61,016 nt of DNA from a virus (IMGVR_UViG_3300043438_001546:1-61016), one strand, 5' to 3'; numbered from the stretch's first letter, positions 1 through 6,877 are shown. Program-made: numbers and translations. The notes: generated by a model not told the origin, from the letters alone.

Positions 1-29
1 ACTTTGCTAAGTGTTGTGATTGTTTTCAT
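1..29 (-). CDS. 5' end of a hypothetical protein (MKTITTLSK...), runs off the window
   Basis: ATG at 29 on the minus strand with an AT-rich leader; same orientation as neighbours; only 9 codons visible. Confidence 0.35.
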
Positions 30-132
30 ATAACTATATAATTTAGACTAGTAAATAAAAATTGAGCTACTGCTCTTTTAAAGATATGGCAGGAGTGATG
101 CTTTCCCATGCATAAAAGAACACATTATACAT

Positions 133-173
133 AAAAAATACCCTAATCTTCTTTGTGTGATGAGATTAGGGTA
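133..173 (-). terminator. Intrinsic terminator-like hairpin
   Basis: Inverted repeat TACCCTAATCT/AGATTAGGGTA followed on the minus strand by a T-run. Confidence 0.55.
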
Positions 174-258
174 TAATAAGTACATGGTATTCTTCTCGTG
201 TAAACAAGAATAGCCTTAATAAGCTCCTTATCAAGCCGTTAAGAGGCCTTATAGGGAC

Positions 259-459
259 TTAAAAGTCTACACCTTCACTGTATCCGCACTTAGCTAAGAA
301 CGGTGCTTCGGTTACTACTATACAGTAGGTTTTTTCCCATTTAACAAGGAAATGAACTTTGTGTGTTAGTGCTAGCAATCTGAAGTCATAGTATTCTCTG
401 GAAGACATCTTGCATTCCACTGTGAAGTTTTGTGAGTAATCTGTTTTGTTTTGTGACAT
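259..459 (-). CDS. Small hypothetical protein (66 aa)
   Basis: ORF track; AT-rich leader typical of Bacteroidota translation starts. Confidence 0.6.
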   Translation of the reverse strand: MSQNKTDYSQNFTVECKMSSREYYDFRLLALTHKVHFLVKWEKTYCIVVTEAPFLAKCGYSEGVDF

Positions 460-496
460 TTTATGATAGTATTTAGTTTATAAAAATTTACTTGTT

Positions 497-847
497 CTCC
501 CCTTGATGATAGTAACTAGAAGGCCAAGGGAGTTTGAACCGTAGGTTCAGCCTGCGGAGCATTGCCCGCGGCAGGCGAGCAGAGGTAAGCCCAGCGGCAT
601 AGGAACTGCAAGTTCCTATTGAGCGACAGTGTGGTATTCAGGTTATGCAACACTATGGGCTACTAACTAATTGAATGGGATTCAGGTAGTGCATACCATG
701 GGCTACTAATCTAAGGAGTCTGAACCTTGGTTCAGCCCTCGGAGAGAGAGGGATGTGTCGTTGGCCATGCGGCCAGAAACCGTCAAGGTTTCTACGAGCT
801 TTTGTTTAATATGAATAACCCACGTCACACCGTAGTGCAACGTGGGT
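497..847. other. GC-enriched non-coding region with dense short hairpins (possible structured RNA or ssDNA signal)
   Basis: Inverted repeats at 535-549, 551-575, 599-619, 720-735, 775-793 and 818-847; no convincing ORF. Confidence 0.55.
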
Positions 848-862
848 ATATCCAATCTGAAA

Positions 863-1474
863 TTAGAAATTGATTTCAGGTAGCTTAACAGCGTCAATGT
901 CTTTGGCTTTGCTTTTAGCTGTGATTTCAGCTGTGGCATCAACCAACGTCATACCATATTTCAACGCATGTCGCGCTGAGGCTGTGGTAAGTGTTTCCTG
1001 AAACGCAGCAATTTGTGCATTAAGATTTGTAATCTTTTCATCAGCACCCCAATTGACACGACCAACATAATAACCCTTATCAGTTAGTTCAATAGTATCT
1101 GCTTTTAAAGCGAATACTTGTCCCAACTCAATTGTCATTGCTTTAAGACGCATGTCTTGACCAACAACAACAAAGGAATTACCATATTGAAATTTAGCAC
1201 CGCCTTTCTTTGTCTTACCAATGAACGGTAAGTGTAAAAGAGCACCAAATTTATCACTTGTTTCAACACCCTCCAATTCCAATACAGGAACAGATGTAGT
1301 AGTTGAAACAATAGTTTCTTCAACAGAATAATCAGCGTGAGCTTGAATTTCAGCAACCAATGCATCAGCAACGTCTTCGGTAAGACCTGCAATTTTAGCA
1401 TTAGTTAATTTTGTTGAAGTGATTAAATTTTTGTTTGCCTTAATCAAAGCAATTTTTTCTGACATAGTTGTCAT
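863..1474 (-). CDS. Hypothetical protein (likely start MTTMSEK at 1474; ORF open to 1534)
   Basis: Long ORF with natural protein composition; family not recognised. Confidence 0.75.
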   Translation of the reverse strand: MTTMSEKIALIKANKNLITSTKLTNAKIAGLTEDVADALVAEIQAHADYSVEETIVSTTTSVPVLELEGVETSDKFGALLHLPFIGKTKKGGAKFQYGNSFVVVGQDMRLKAMTIELGQVFALKADTIELTDKGYYVGRVNWGADEKITNLNAQIAAFQETLTTASARHALKYGMTLVDATAEITAKSKAKDIDAVKLPEINF

Positions 1475-1576
1475 GGTAGTGTTGCGTTTTATACCCGCCG
1501 GTTTTAATAAAAAAAATTGTAGCCTTTCACGCAAGGCATATAGCGAGTGACAAACCCCCGAAGGGTGGCGAAGCCC

Positions 1577-1609
1577 AAAGTCACTTGTGACTTTAAGTTT
1601 AGGATAGAG
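1577..1609. promoter_or_regulatory. Conserved hairpin + AAGTTTAGGATA motif, copy 1
   Basis: AAAGTCAC-TT-GTGACTTT-AAGTTTAGGATAGAG; second copy at 2452-2484 with compensatory changes. Confidence 0.65.
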
Positions 1610-1746
1610 AATGTGAGGTGTGGTTGAAGTGTGGGAGAAGCGGCATAGTGCCGAGGAACGAGGCTGCTTGCCGCGTGTGTTGGGTGTTTGTTTGAGTGAT
1701 AGTAAACACCACTACCACTACACAATGGGTGTTGCATCTATGTCCC

Positions 1747-1778
1747 CAAAAAAAAAGGAAGAGCCGCAGCCCTTCCCT
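1747..1778 (-). terminator. Intrinsic terminator
   Basis: Minus strand GGAAGGGC-UGCG-GCUCUUCC followed by a long U-run, just after the stop of 1784-1954. Confidence 0.85.
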
Positions 1779-1783
1779 TAATA

Positions 1784-1954
1784 TTAATTTCTGTATGCAC
1801 TTGATCTACCTTGTGCTTTCTTTATACTTTTATCTACATGGTATTTCTTAGTATGGCAAGACTTTGCAGATCCACAAGAGGTTAAAAACAATATTGCTGT
1901 AATGATTAGGATAGTCCATAAGTAGAACATACCAACTGAGGCTTGACGTTTCAT
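1784..1954 (-). CDS. Small putative lipoprotein (56 aa)
   Basis: Hand translation MKRQASVGMFYLWTILIITAILFLTSCGSAKSCHTKK...: basic N-terminus, hydrophobic stretch, lipobox LTSC; followed by a terminator. Confidence 0.7.
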   Translation of the reverse strand: MKRQASVGMFYLWTILIITAILFLTSCGSAKSCHTKKYHVDKSIKKAQGRSSAYRN

Positions 1955-2044
1955 AATGATTTGATTTTAAAGACACCGCTTTTGTGTGTGCCTTGGTTAA
2001 TTAATAAATTCTTTTTCCAATGGCACAATGCCTTTGTTGGAAAA

Positions 2045-2076
2045 TTGAATGACTCCACAACCGTGGAGCCATTCAA
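2045..2076 (-). terminator. Hairpin, terminator-like
   Basis: TTGAATGACTCCAC/GTGGAGCCATTCAA inverted repeat just downstream of 2094-2264. Confidence 0.5.
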
Positions 2077-2093
2077 GTATTGCAACACAAACA

Positions 2094-2264
2094 TTAAGAC
2101 TTAGTGTTAAACAATGGTGAGATTATATTGACAATCATAATCATCAATGAAAGTGCAAGACCGGCAACAGCAAAGGTTAACTCTTCCTTAGAGTCAACAG
2201 CTACGATCTGGATAGCACATACGCCACTCATGATAATGAGCAGCAAATTAAGTAAATGGTTCAT
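2094..2264 (-). CDS. Small two-TM membrane protein (56 aa)
   Basis: Hand translation MNHLLNLLLIIMSGVCAIQIVAVDSKEELTFAVAGLALSLMIMIVNIISPLFNTKS. Confidence 0.65.
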   Translation of the reverse strand: MNHLLNLLLIIMSGVCAIQIVAVDSKEELTFAVAGLALSLMIMIVNIISPLFNTKS

Positions 2265-2281
2265 AATAAAATTTTTAAGGG

Positions 2282-2428
2282 TTAATTACTAAATACTTCA
2301 CATAATACTAATGGCATTATTAATGCAGGTACTGCAATTAAAGAAATAGCATAAGGTGTTATGTACATTAATAAGATTGGTGTTAGCACTAACAGTGCTG
2401 TAACCAACAAGGCAATAAATTTTTTCAT
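2282..2428 (-). CDS. Small hydrophobic membrane protein (48 aa)
   Basis: Hand translation MKKFIALLVTALLVLTPILLMYITPYAISLIAVPALIMPLVLCEVFSN; A-rich leader. Confidence 0.65.
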   Translation of the reverse strand: MKKFIALLVTALLVLTPILLMYITPYAISLIAVPALIMPLVLCEVFSN

Positions 2429-2451
2429 AATAATTTTTTTAAGGGTTTAGA

Positions 2452-2484
2452 AAAATCTCTTGAGATTTTAAGTTTAGGATAAAG
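2452..2484. promoter_or_regulatory. Conserved hairpin + AAGTTTAGGATA motif, copy 2
   Basis: AAAATCTC-TT-GAGATTTT-AAGTTTAGGATAAAG, about 23 nt upstream of the first minus-strand ATG. Confidence 0.65.
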
Positions 2485-2485
2485 A

Positions 2486-2616
2486 GTGGTGTGTAGTAAT
2501 AACCACTATTAATAAACATGTGTGGTGGCTGCCGTGTGTGGGCCTGCGTGTGTGGTGTGTGTGGTGGTGGCTCCCTCGGTGGTGGTGCGTGTGTGGTGTG
2601 TGTGTCCAGGTGTGTG
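2486..2616. repeat. TG-rich low-complexity tract with a 19-nt direct repeat
   Basis: TGCGTGTGTGGTGTGTGTG at 2545-2563 and 2586-2604; lies at the minus/plus strand switch. Confidence 0.85.
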
Positions 2617-2782
2617 AAGAACTCTTCCCTGGTGGAACTTTTTTGGGTTTTGATCTTGGATTTTTCTTTGAGGTGTGCTTGACATGGGGGGTACACCACT
2701 TCTTCTGTTGGACCGGGGGTTGAATATATAGTGACTCCACCCACATCCTCATACTCTCTGGTTCTAGTTTACCAAGAATTAT

Positions 2783-2790
2783 TATATTTG
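2783..2790 (+). promoter_or_regulatory. Bacteroidota -7 promoter element TATATTTG
   Basis: Matches TAnnTTTG; ATG 3 nt downstream. Confidence 0.6.
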
Positions 2791-2793
2791 CCT

Positions 2794-3099
2794 ATGGAAG
2801 ATTATGATTACATAGTGTTTTTAAAGAAGATGAAAGATAAAATATCAAAGTTTGAAACTAAATGGGATTTGTGTAACAAGAATACGGCTATTAGTTTATT
2901 TGATATGGATCGTCTTGCTACTAGATGTTCTTATGTGGGTAAGCTACAAGGGTTAATGAATAAAAAGGTTTTTTCTTTAGAGCAGATCAGAGAGTTGTAT
3001 AAATTAATTAGCAGTAAAGATGAGCAAGCAAGAAAACTTGGTATGGGAATCATTGATGGTAGAGTCCTTGCTAGAAAAAAATCTAAAAAGGTATTATGA
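2794..3099 (+). CDS. Hypothetical protein (likely start MEDYDY)
   Basis: ORF track 2731-3099; ATG at 2794 follows the promoter; ATGA overlap with the next gene. Confidence 0.65.
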   Translation: MEDYDYIVFLKKMKDKISKFETKWDLCNKNTAISLFDMDRLATRCSYVGKLQGLMNKKVFSLEQIRELYKLISSKDEQARKLGMGIIDGRVLARKKSKKVL

Positions 3100-3572
3100 A
3101 TATATGTGTTATTGACACTATACTACTGGAGCCGTATAGTTCTGAACGCATGATGGTTGTTTCTGGATACAACTGTGATGAAGTATTGGATTGGTACGAT
3201 GATGCGTATGGGCTTCCACAAAGTAAAAAGCTGTCTGACATTAAAGATTTCTACAAAACTAAAACCGAATGGATTAAGTTTATTGAGGATAACCGGGAGG
3301 AATTTGACGGACTTGATAAAGACGGGGGTGGAATTGGACACGGTGTTTACATCTACCGTAAGTCACCAGACAAGGATTGTAAATTACGCATTGTGATCCT
3401 AAAGTATGGATTCTCTCCGTCTAATCCAGAGAACATGAGAACCCTCGCACATGAGATGCTACATGTATGCCAAGAATTTCTACCTCAATTTCTTAATAGA
3501 GATGAGGAGATGGAAGCAGAAGCATACTTTCATTCGTATTTAATGTACAGTTGCTATAAGTTATTTCTGTAA
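3096..3572 (+). CDS. HExxH zinc-metallopeptidase-like phage protein
   Basis: LAHEMLH motif followed by EAEAY. Confidence 0.6.
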   Translation: MNICVIDTILLEPYSSERMMVVSGYNCDEVLDWYDDAYGLPQSKKLSDIKDFYKTKTEWIKFIEDNREEFDGLDKDGGGIGHGVYIYRKSPDKDCKLRIVILKYGFSPSNPENMRTLAHEMLHVCQEFLPQFLNRDEEMEAEAYFHSYLMYSCYKLFL

Positions 3573-3584
3573 GAGAAAGTTTAT

Positions 3585-3592
3585 TATATTTG
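3585..3592 (+). promoter_or_regulatory. Bacteroidota -7 element TATATTTG
   Basis: TAnnTTTG upstream of the 3614 ORF. Confidence 0.6.
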
Positions 3593-3613
3593 TTTCCATA
3601 AAATAATAAGATC

Positions 3614-3754
3614 ATGGCAAAAATGGGTGTACAAGGTACGAACACTAGAGTTTCTGTTAAAGTTACTAGACCAGGTGTTCACGCAAAGACTAAAACTTCA
3701 AAGTCTAAACGCAGTAAAAAATACAAAAAGGCTTACAAAGGCCAAGGAAAATAA
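3614..3754 (+). CDS. Small highly basic protein (46 aa)
   Basis: Hand translation MAKMGVQGTNTRVSVKVTRPGVHAKTKTSKSKRSKKYKKAYKGQGK; has its own promoter and terminator. Confidence 0.75.
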   Translation: MAKMGVQGTNTRVSVKVTRPGVHAKTKTSKSKRSKKYKKAYKGQGK

Positions 3755-3807
3755 TTTATCCGCGCCTCTCTCCTAGCGGGTTAATGTGTGACTGTTCAGT
3801 TACACGG

Positions 3808-3844
3808 AACCCTTACGAATCTCTGCCTTCGTAAGGGTTTTTTT
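3808..3844 (+). terminator. Intrinsic terminator
   Basis: AACCCTTACGAA/TTCGTAAGGGTT stem followed by a T-run. Confidence 0.85.
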
Positions 3845-3914
3845 ATGCTCCTAAATATATAATATAGGGGGATCATTAAAAACCTAGCAAAGACGGGGGA
3901 TACAGAAGATAGGG

Positions 3915-3974
3915 TGCACCCAAATAGGTGCAAAAAAACGCAAAACAAAGAAAAATTGCACCTAAAAGGGTGCA
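3915..3974. promoter_or_regulatory. Two TGCACC-N6-GGTGCA palindromic operator-like sites
   Basis: 3915-3932 and 3957-3974, 42 bp apart, just upstream of TAGATTTG (3993-4000) and the RepL-like gene. Confidence 0.7.
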
Positions 3975-4004
3975 TTATTCAAATATGTTTGTTAGATTTG
4001 TGTC

Positions 4005-4499
4005 ATGATAAAGCCAATTATTAGGAAAGTAAAGTTAGAACAAGGCGTTGCTGATGTTTCTACTGGAGAGATACTTCCAAAATCCACAACCATCAATGTA
4101 GTTGACAAAGACTTAGTAATTGTTCACAGTGATGAGTATGTGATTATAGATAGTTCGGCTCTTCAGTACATTCTTCAAAATTTTAGTCCTGTAGACTACG
4201 GACGAATCTTAAAAATGGCGGACATGACTAACGGTGTGTACAATATCTTGTACCACAACCGCGAACTCCCGCATACTGATGCAACTCTTATGGAGCAATT
4301 GCAGTACACACGCAACAAGTACGCTGATTTTATGAAGAGGTTGTACCGCAAAAGTGTAATCAGCTACATTCATACTGTTAAAGATGGAAAAGAAATGAAG
4401 TACATTATGCTCAATCCTAATTTGGCTAGAAAAAGAAAAACAATTGACAAGAATTGCTTGACCTACTTTGATGAACTAGGAACTAAATCAGGAATCTAA
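4005..4499 (+). CDS. RepL-like winged-helix DNA-binding protein
   Basis: DxxTGE N-terminal motif, central helix-turn-helix-like segment and YIMLNP C-terminal motif resemble RepL-family proteins. Confidence 0.55.
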   Translation: MIKPIIRKVKLEQGVADVSTGEILPKSTTINVVDKDLVIVHSDEYVIIDSSALQYILQNFSPVDYGRILKMADMTNGVYNILYHNRELPHTDATLMEQLQYTRNKYADFMKRLYRKSVISYIHTVKDGKEMKYIMLNPNLARKRKTIDKNCLTYFDELGTKSGI

Positions 4500-4684
4500 T
4501 GAAAGTATTTTATAAAGTTATAAATGGATTTAAAGTTAAATTTTGCAGGGCTTATTTCTGCATTGGGATCGGAATGGATCAGTTTACTCCAGTGTATTAT
4601 AGACATACTACTGGAAAATCATTGGGACTTGCTAAAAATAAAAAGAAACCATGTCTTACTGTGGAAAAAATATTTAAAGTGTAA
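4499..4684 (+). CDS. Small hypothetical protein
   Basis: ORF track; TAATG coupling; fills the gap between two genes. Confidence 0.5.
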   Translation: MKVFYKVINGFKVKFCRAYFCIGIGMDQFTPVYYRHTTGKSLGLAKNKKKPCLTVEKIFKV

Positions 4685-4689
4685 AACAA

Positions 4690-5106
4690 ATGTGGATATT
4701 AGAAGGAAAAGAGTTCACTGAAGAAATGATTCCAGAAGGAACTGTTGGTTTTGTATATGAAATGGTTTCAATCATTGATGGTAGACCGGTTAGATACATT
4801 GGCAAGAAGAATTTTTATGCTGATGTCAAAACTAAACTAGGTAAAAAAGAATTACCTACAGATAAAAGGTTGAAGACTTACAAGCGTGTGAGAAAAACAA
4901 CCTACAAAAACTATTTCAGTAGCAATGAAGTATTAAAAAAAGCACATGCGGACGGAGTAACTATCAGAAGAGAAATATTACACATCTGTTTTGGTAAACA
5001 GGAGTTGTCTTATTATGAATGCAAATTCCAATTTGCCTTGGGCGTATTGGAAAGTGAAGAGTTCCTGAATGGGAACATACTTGGTAAATTTTTTAAACTA
5101 AAATAA
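4690..5106 (+). CDS. GIY-YIG-like nuclease
   Basis: GFVY...YIGKK motif, YxSS, later conserved E and N (FLNGNI). Confidence 0.75.
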   Translation: MWILEGKEFTEEMIPEGTVGFVYEMVSIIDGRPVRYIGKKNFYADVKTKLGKKELPTDKRLKTYKRVRKTTYKNYFSSNEVLKKAHADGVTIRREILHICFGKQELSYYECKFQFALGVLESEEFLNGNILGKFFKLK

Positions 5107-5685
5107 ATGGAGAGAGAAACAATGATTAAAATTTCCAGAAAGGGACCTGAAGGAAGTTGGCACAACACCCACATTGGTAGAGAGTTTTATGAAACTCTTG
5201 GGGAAACAGAAACCGAGGTTAAATTAAATATTGATGAAGGGCTTTGGCTTGATAAGCACTTTGTTGATGTAAGGCATTCAGAAGATGAGTCATGGGTGTC
5301 TGGTGATAAATACAGAACAAACCCACCACAACCAACCGAAGAAAAAGTAGATGAACCAAAAAATGTAGAAAATCCACTTGCAAATAATCCGTTACTTGTG
5401 AATATGGTTGAAACATTTAATAGATGTTTTTCTACAGCTGTAGCAAAGAACAATGACTACGGTGGATCTAACAATGATCCATTTGCTAATTTTAGAAACA
5501 GCACCATTGCAGGTGTGTCTGTGGAAAAAGGAATCTTGGTAAGACTGATGGATAAAATGTCCCGCATATCTACACTATTGGACAAAGAAGCAATGGTAAA
5601 AGATGAAAAGATTACTGATACAATTGAAGATGCCATCAACTACTTGGCAATTATGAAAGCTTATATTAATCTCAAAGACAAATGA
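5107..5685 (+). CDS. Protein with C-terminal DUF1599/Nmad1 (nucleotide-modification-associated, MazG-like helical) domain
   Basis: KNNDYG...DPFANF...VRLMDKMSR...DTIEDAINY pattern. Confidence 0.75.
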   Translation: MERETMIKISRKGPEGSWHNTHIGREFYETLGETETEVKLNIDEGLWLDKHFVDVRHSEDESWVSGDKYRTNPPQPTEEKVDEPKNVENPLANNPLLVNMVETFNRCFSTAVAKNNDYGGSNNDPFANFRNSTIAGVSVEKGILVRLMDKMSRISTLLDKEAMVKDEKITDTIEDAINYLAIMKAYINLKDK

Positions 5686-5948
5686 AGTACAGAAAAAAAC
5701 CAGTAGAAATTGAAGCAGTGCATTTTGCAGATGCTACATTAGGAACTCTTGATGAGATTTCCGAGTTTATGAATCAAGAACAAGAAATTGTTTTTAATGA
5801 TTCAGTTGCAGAACCTAAGATTAAGATTGAAACATTAGAAGGACCAATGTTTGCATCATTAGGTGACTACATCATAAAAGGAATTAAAGGTGAGTTCTAT
5901 GCATGTAAGCCAGATATTTTTGAACTCACTTATGACAAAGTAAATTAA
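5682..5948 (+). CDS. Conserved phage protein (KKPVxIEA...GDYIIKG...KPDIF, PGDYG-like family)
   Basis: Recognisable widespread phage motif set. Confidence 0.75.
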   Translation: MKYRKKPVEIEAVHFADATLGTLDEISEFMNQEQEIVFNDSVAEPKIKIETLEGPMFASLGDYIIKGIKGEFYACKPDIFELTYDKVN

Positions 5949-5962
5949 TTAAATAAATAAAA

Positions 5963-6208
5963 ATGGATAACACACCAAACAGACAAATGACACTTGGAGA
6001 AAAAAGATGTCATATTAACTTCAATCCTTCGTCAGATGATAAGATTGGAAGATTTAAAAGAATGATGGCTGATGCTATTGATTATTGTAACAATGAGTTA
6101 CTTACAACAGAAGACGGTGAAGCAAAACGCTGTTTTTCAATTGCTATGACTGAATTAGAAACAGCTCAAATGTATGGTGTAAAAGGAATTGCTAAAGGTT
6201 TAAAGTAA
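5963..6208 (+). CDS. Acb2/Tad1-like helical-hairpin protein (putative cyclic-nucleotide sponge)
   Basis: C-terminal RCFSIAMTELETAQMYGVKGI resembles the AxTxLxxAxMW helix of Acb2/Tad1 sponges; 81 aa. Confidence 0.55.
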   Translation: MDNTPNRQMTLGEKRCHINFNPSSDDKIGRFKRMMADAIDYCNNELLTTEDGEAKRCFSIAMTELETAQMYGVKGIAKGLK

Positions 6209-6522
6209 TGGAAGAAAAATCATTACAGAACACTGATGCCAACGGTGCTAAGAAAAATGTCAAGGACATTGTTTTTTGGGGAGATGGCGACACATTCAAA
6301 CTTATTTCTAAAGCATCTTCTAACGCAGAAGGTTGGATGAAAAGTACAAAAGCAATGCAAGCAGGTAGAAATGTAGTTGTTCAAGTTACAACACAACAAA
6401 GAAATCCTAATGGATCTTATGCCGTTGCCGAAGCTTTAACAACAGTTCCAAATGCAGAAATTGTAGATGTAATTGAAAATGAAATAGTTGTCGCAAGACA
6501 TATTCAGTATAAATTGTTTTAA
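6208..6522 (+). CDS. Conserved phage protein (KASSxxEGWMKSTKAM motif)
   Basis: ORF track; translationally coupled to the Acb2-like gene. Confidence 0.7.
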   Translation: MEEKSLQNTDANGAKKNVKDIVFWGDGDTFKLISKASSNAEGWMKSTKAMQAGRNVVVQVTTQQRNPNGSYAVAEALTTVPNAEIVDVIENEIVVARHIQYKLF

Positions 6523-6535
6523 ATAAAAAATAGTT

Positions 6536-6817
6536 ATGATATATCAAGGTAAAGTTGTCATTTTAGACAAGCCGGCTTATGAGCCAAAAATTAAAGGATT
6601 AGAACTTAGCCCAGAAGCGCAAGCATCTATGGAAGCTGATCTTGTAAAACACTACACGCGTCTAGTTGTGCATGCAGTTGGAGAAGATGTAACTTTTTGC
6701 AAAGCAGGTGATGAAGTTATGATCACACCTCGTCAATTATCTTACTGTGATGTATTAGATATTGAGGGGAAAACAAAGTTTGTTGCTAAAGAAGGAGATT
6801 GTATTGCTAAATATTAA
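6536..6817 (+). CDS. GroES-like co-chaperonin
   Basis: 93 aa; VHAVGxxVxxxKxGDEV and KEGDCIA match the GroES fold pattern. Confidence 0.65.
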   Translation: MIYQGKVVILDKPAYEPKIKGLELSPEAQASMEADLVKHYTRLVVHAVGEDVTFCKAGDEVMITPRQLSYCDVLDIEGKTKFVAKEGDCIAKY

Positions 6818-6836
6818 TCAGTAGTAAACAATGAAT

Positions 6837-6868
6837 AAAAGGTCTTAATCAGTTAAGGCCTTTTTTTT
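6837..6868 (+). terminator. Intrinsic terminator
   Basis: AAAAGGTCTTAA/TTAAGGCCTTTT followed by a T-run. Confidence 0.8.
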
Positions 6869-6877
6869 GTTTATATT

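Noticed and set aside
515-560. Possible tRNA (GGTTCAA T-loop-like on the minus strand)
   Set aside because: No matching T-stem, acceptor stem or anticodon arm; no tRNA could be supported in the window
706-942. ORFs 706-942, 1135-1401 and 1504-1737
   Set aside because: Alternate frames of 863-1474 or read-through of structured non-coding DNA
2104-2292. Plus-strand ORF 2104-2292
   Set aside because: Antisense shadow of the better-supported minus-strand membrane ORF 2094-2264
2439-2752. Overlapping His/Thr/Pro- or Trp/Cys/Val-rich ORFs (2439-2744, 2474-2752, 2520-2723)
   Set aside because: Artefacts of the TG low-complexity tract; composition is unlike the real genes
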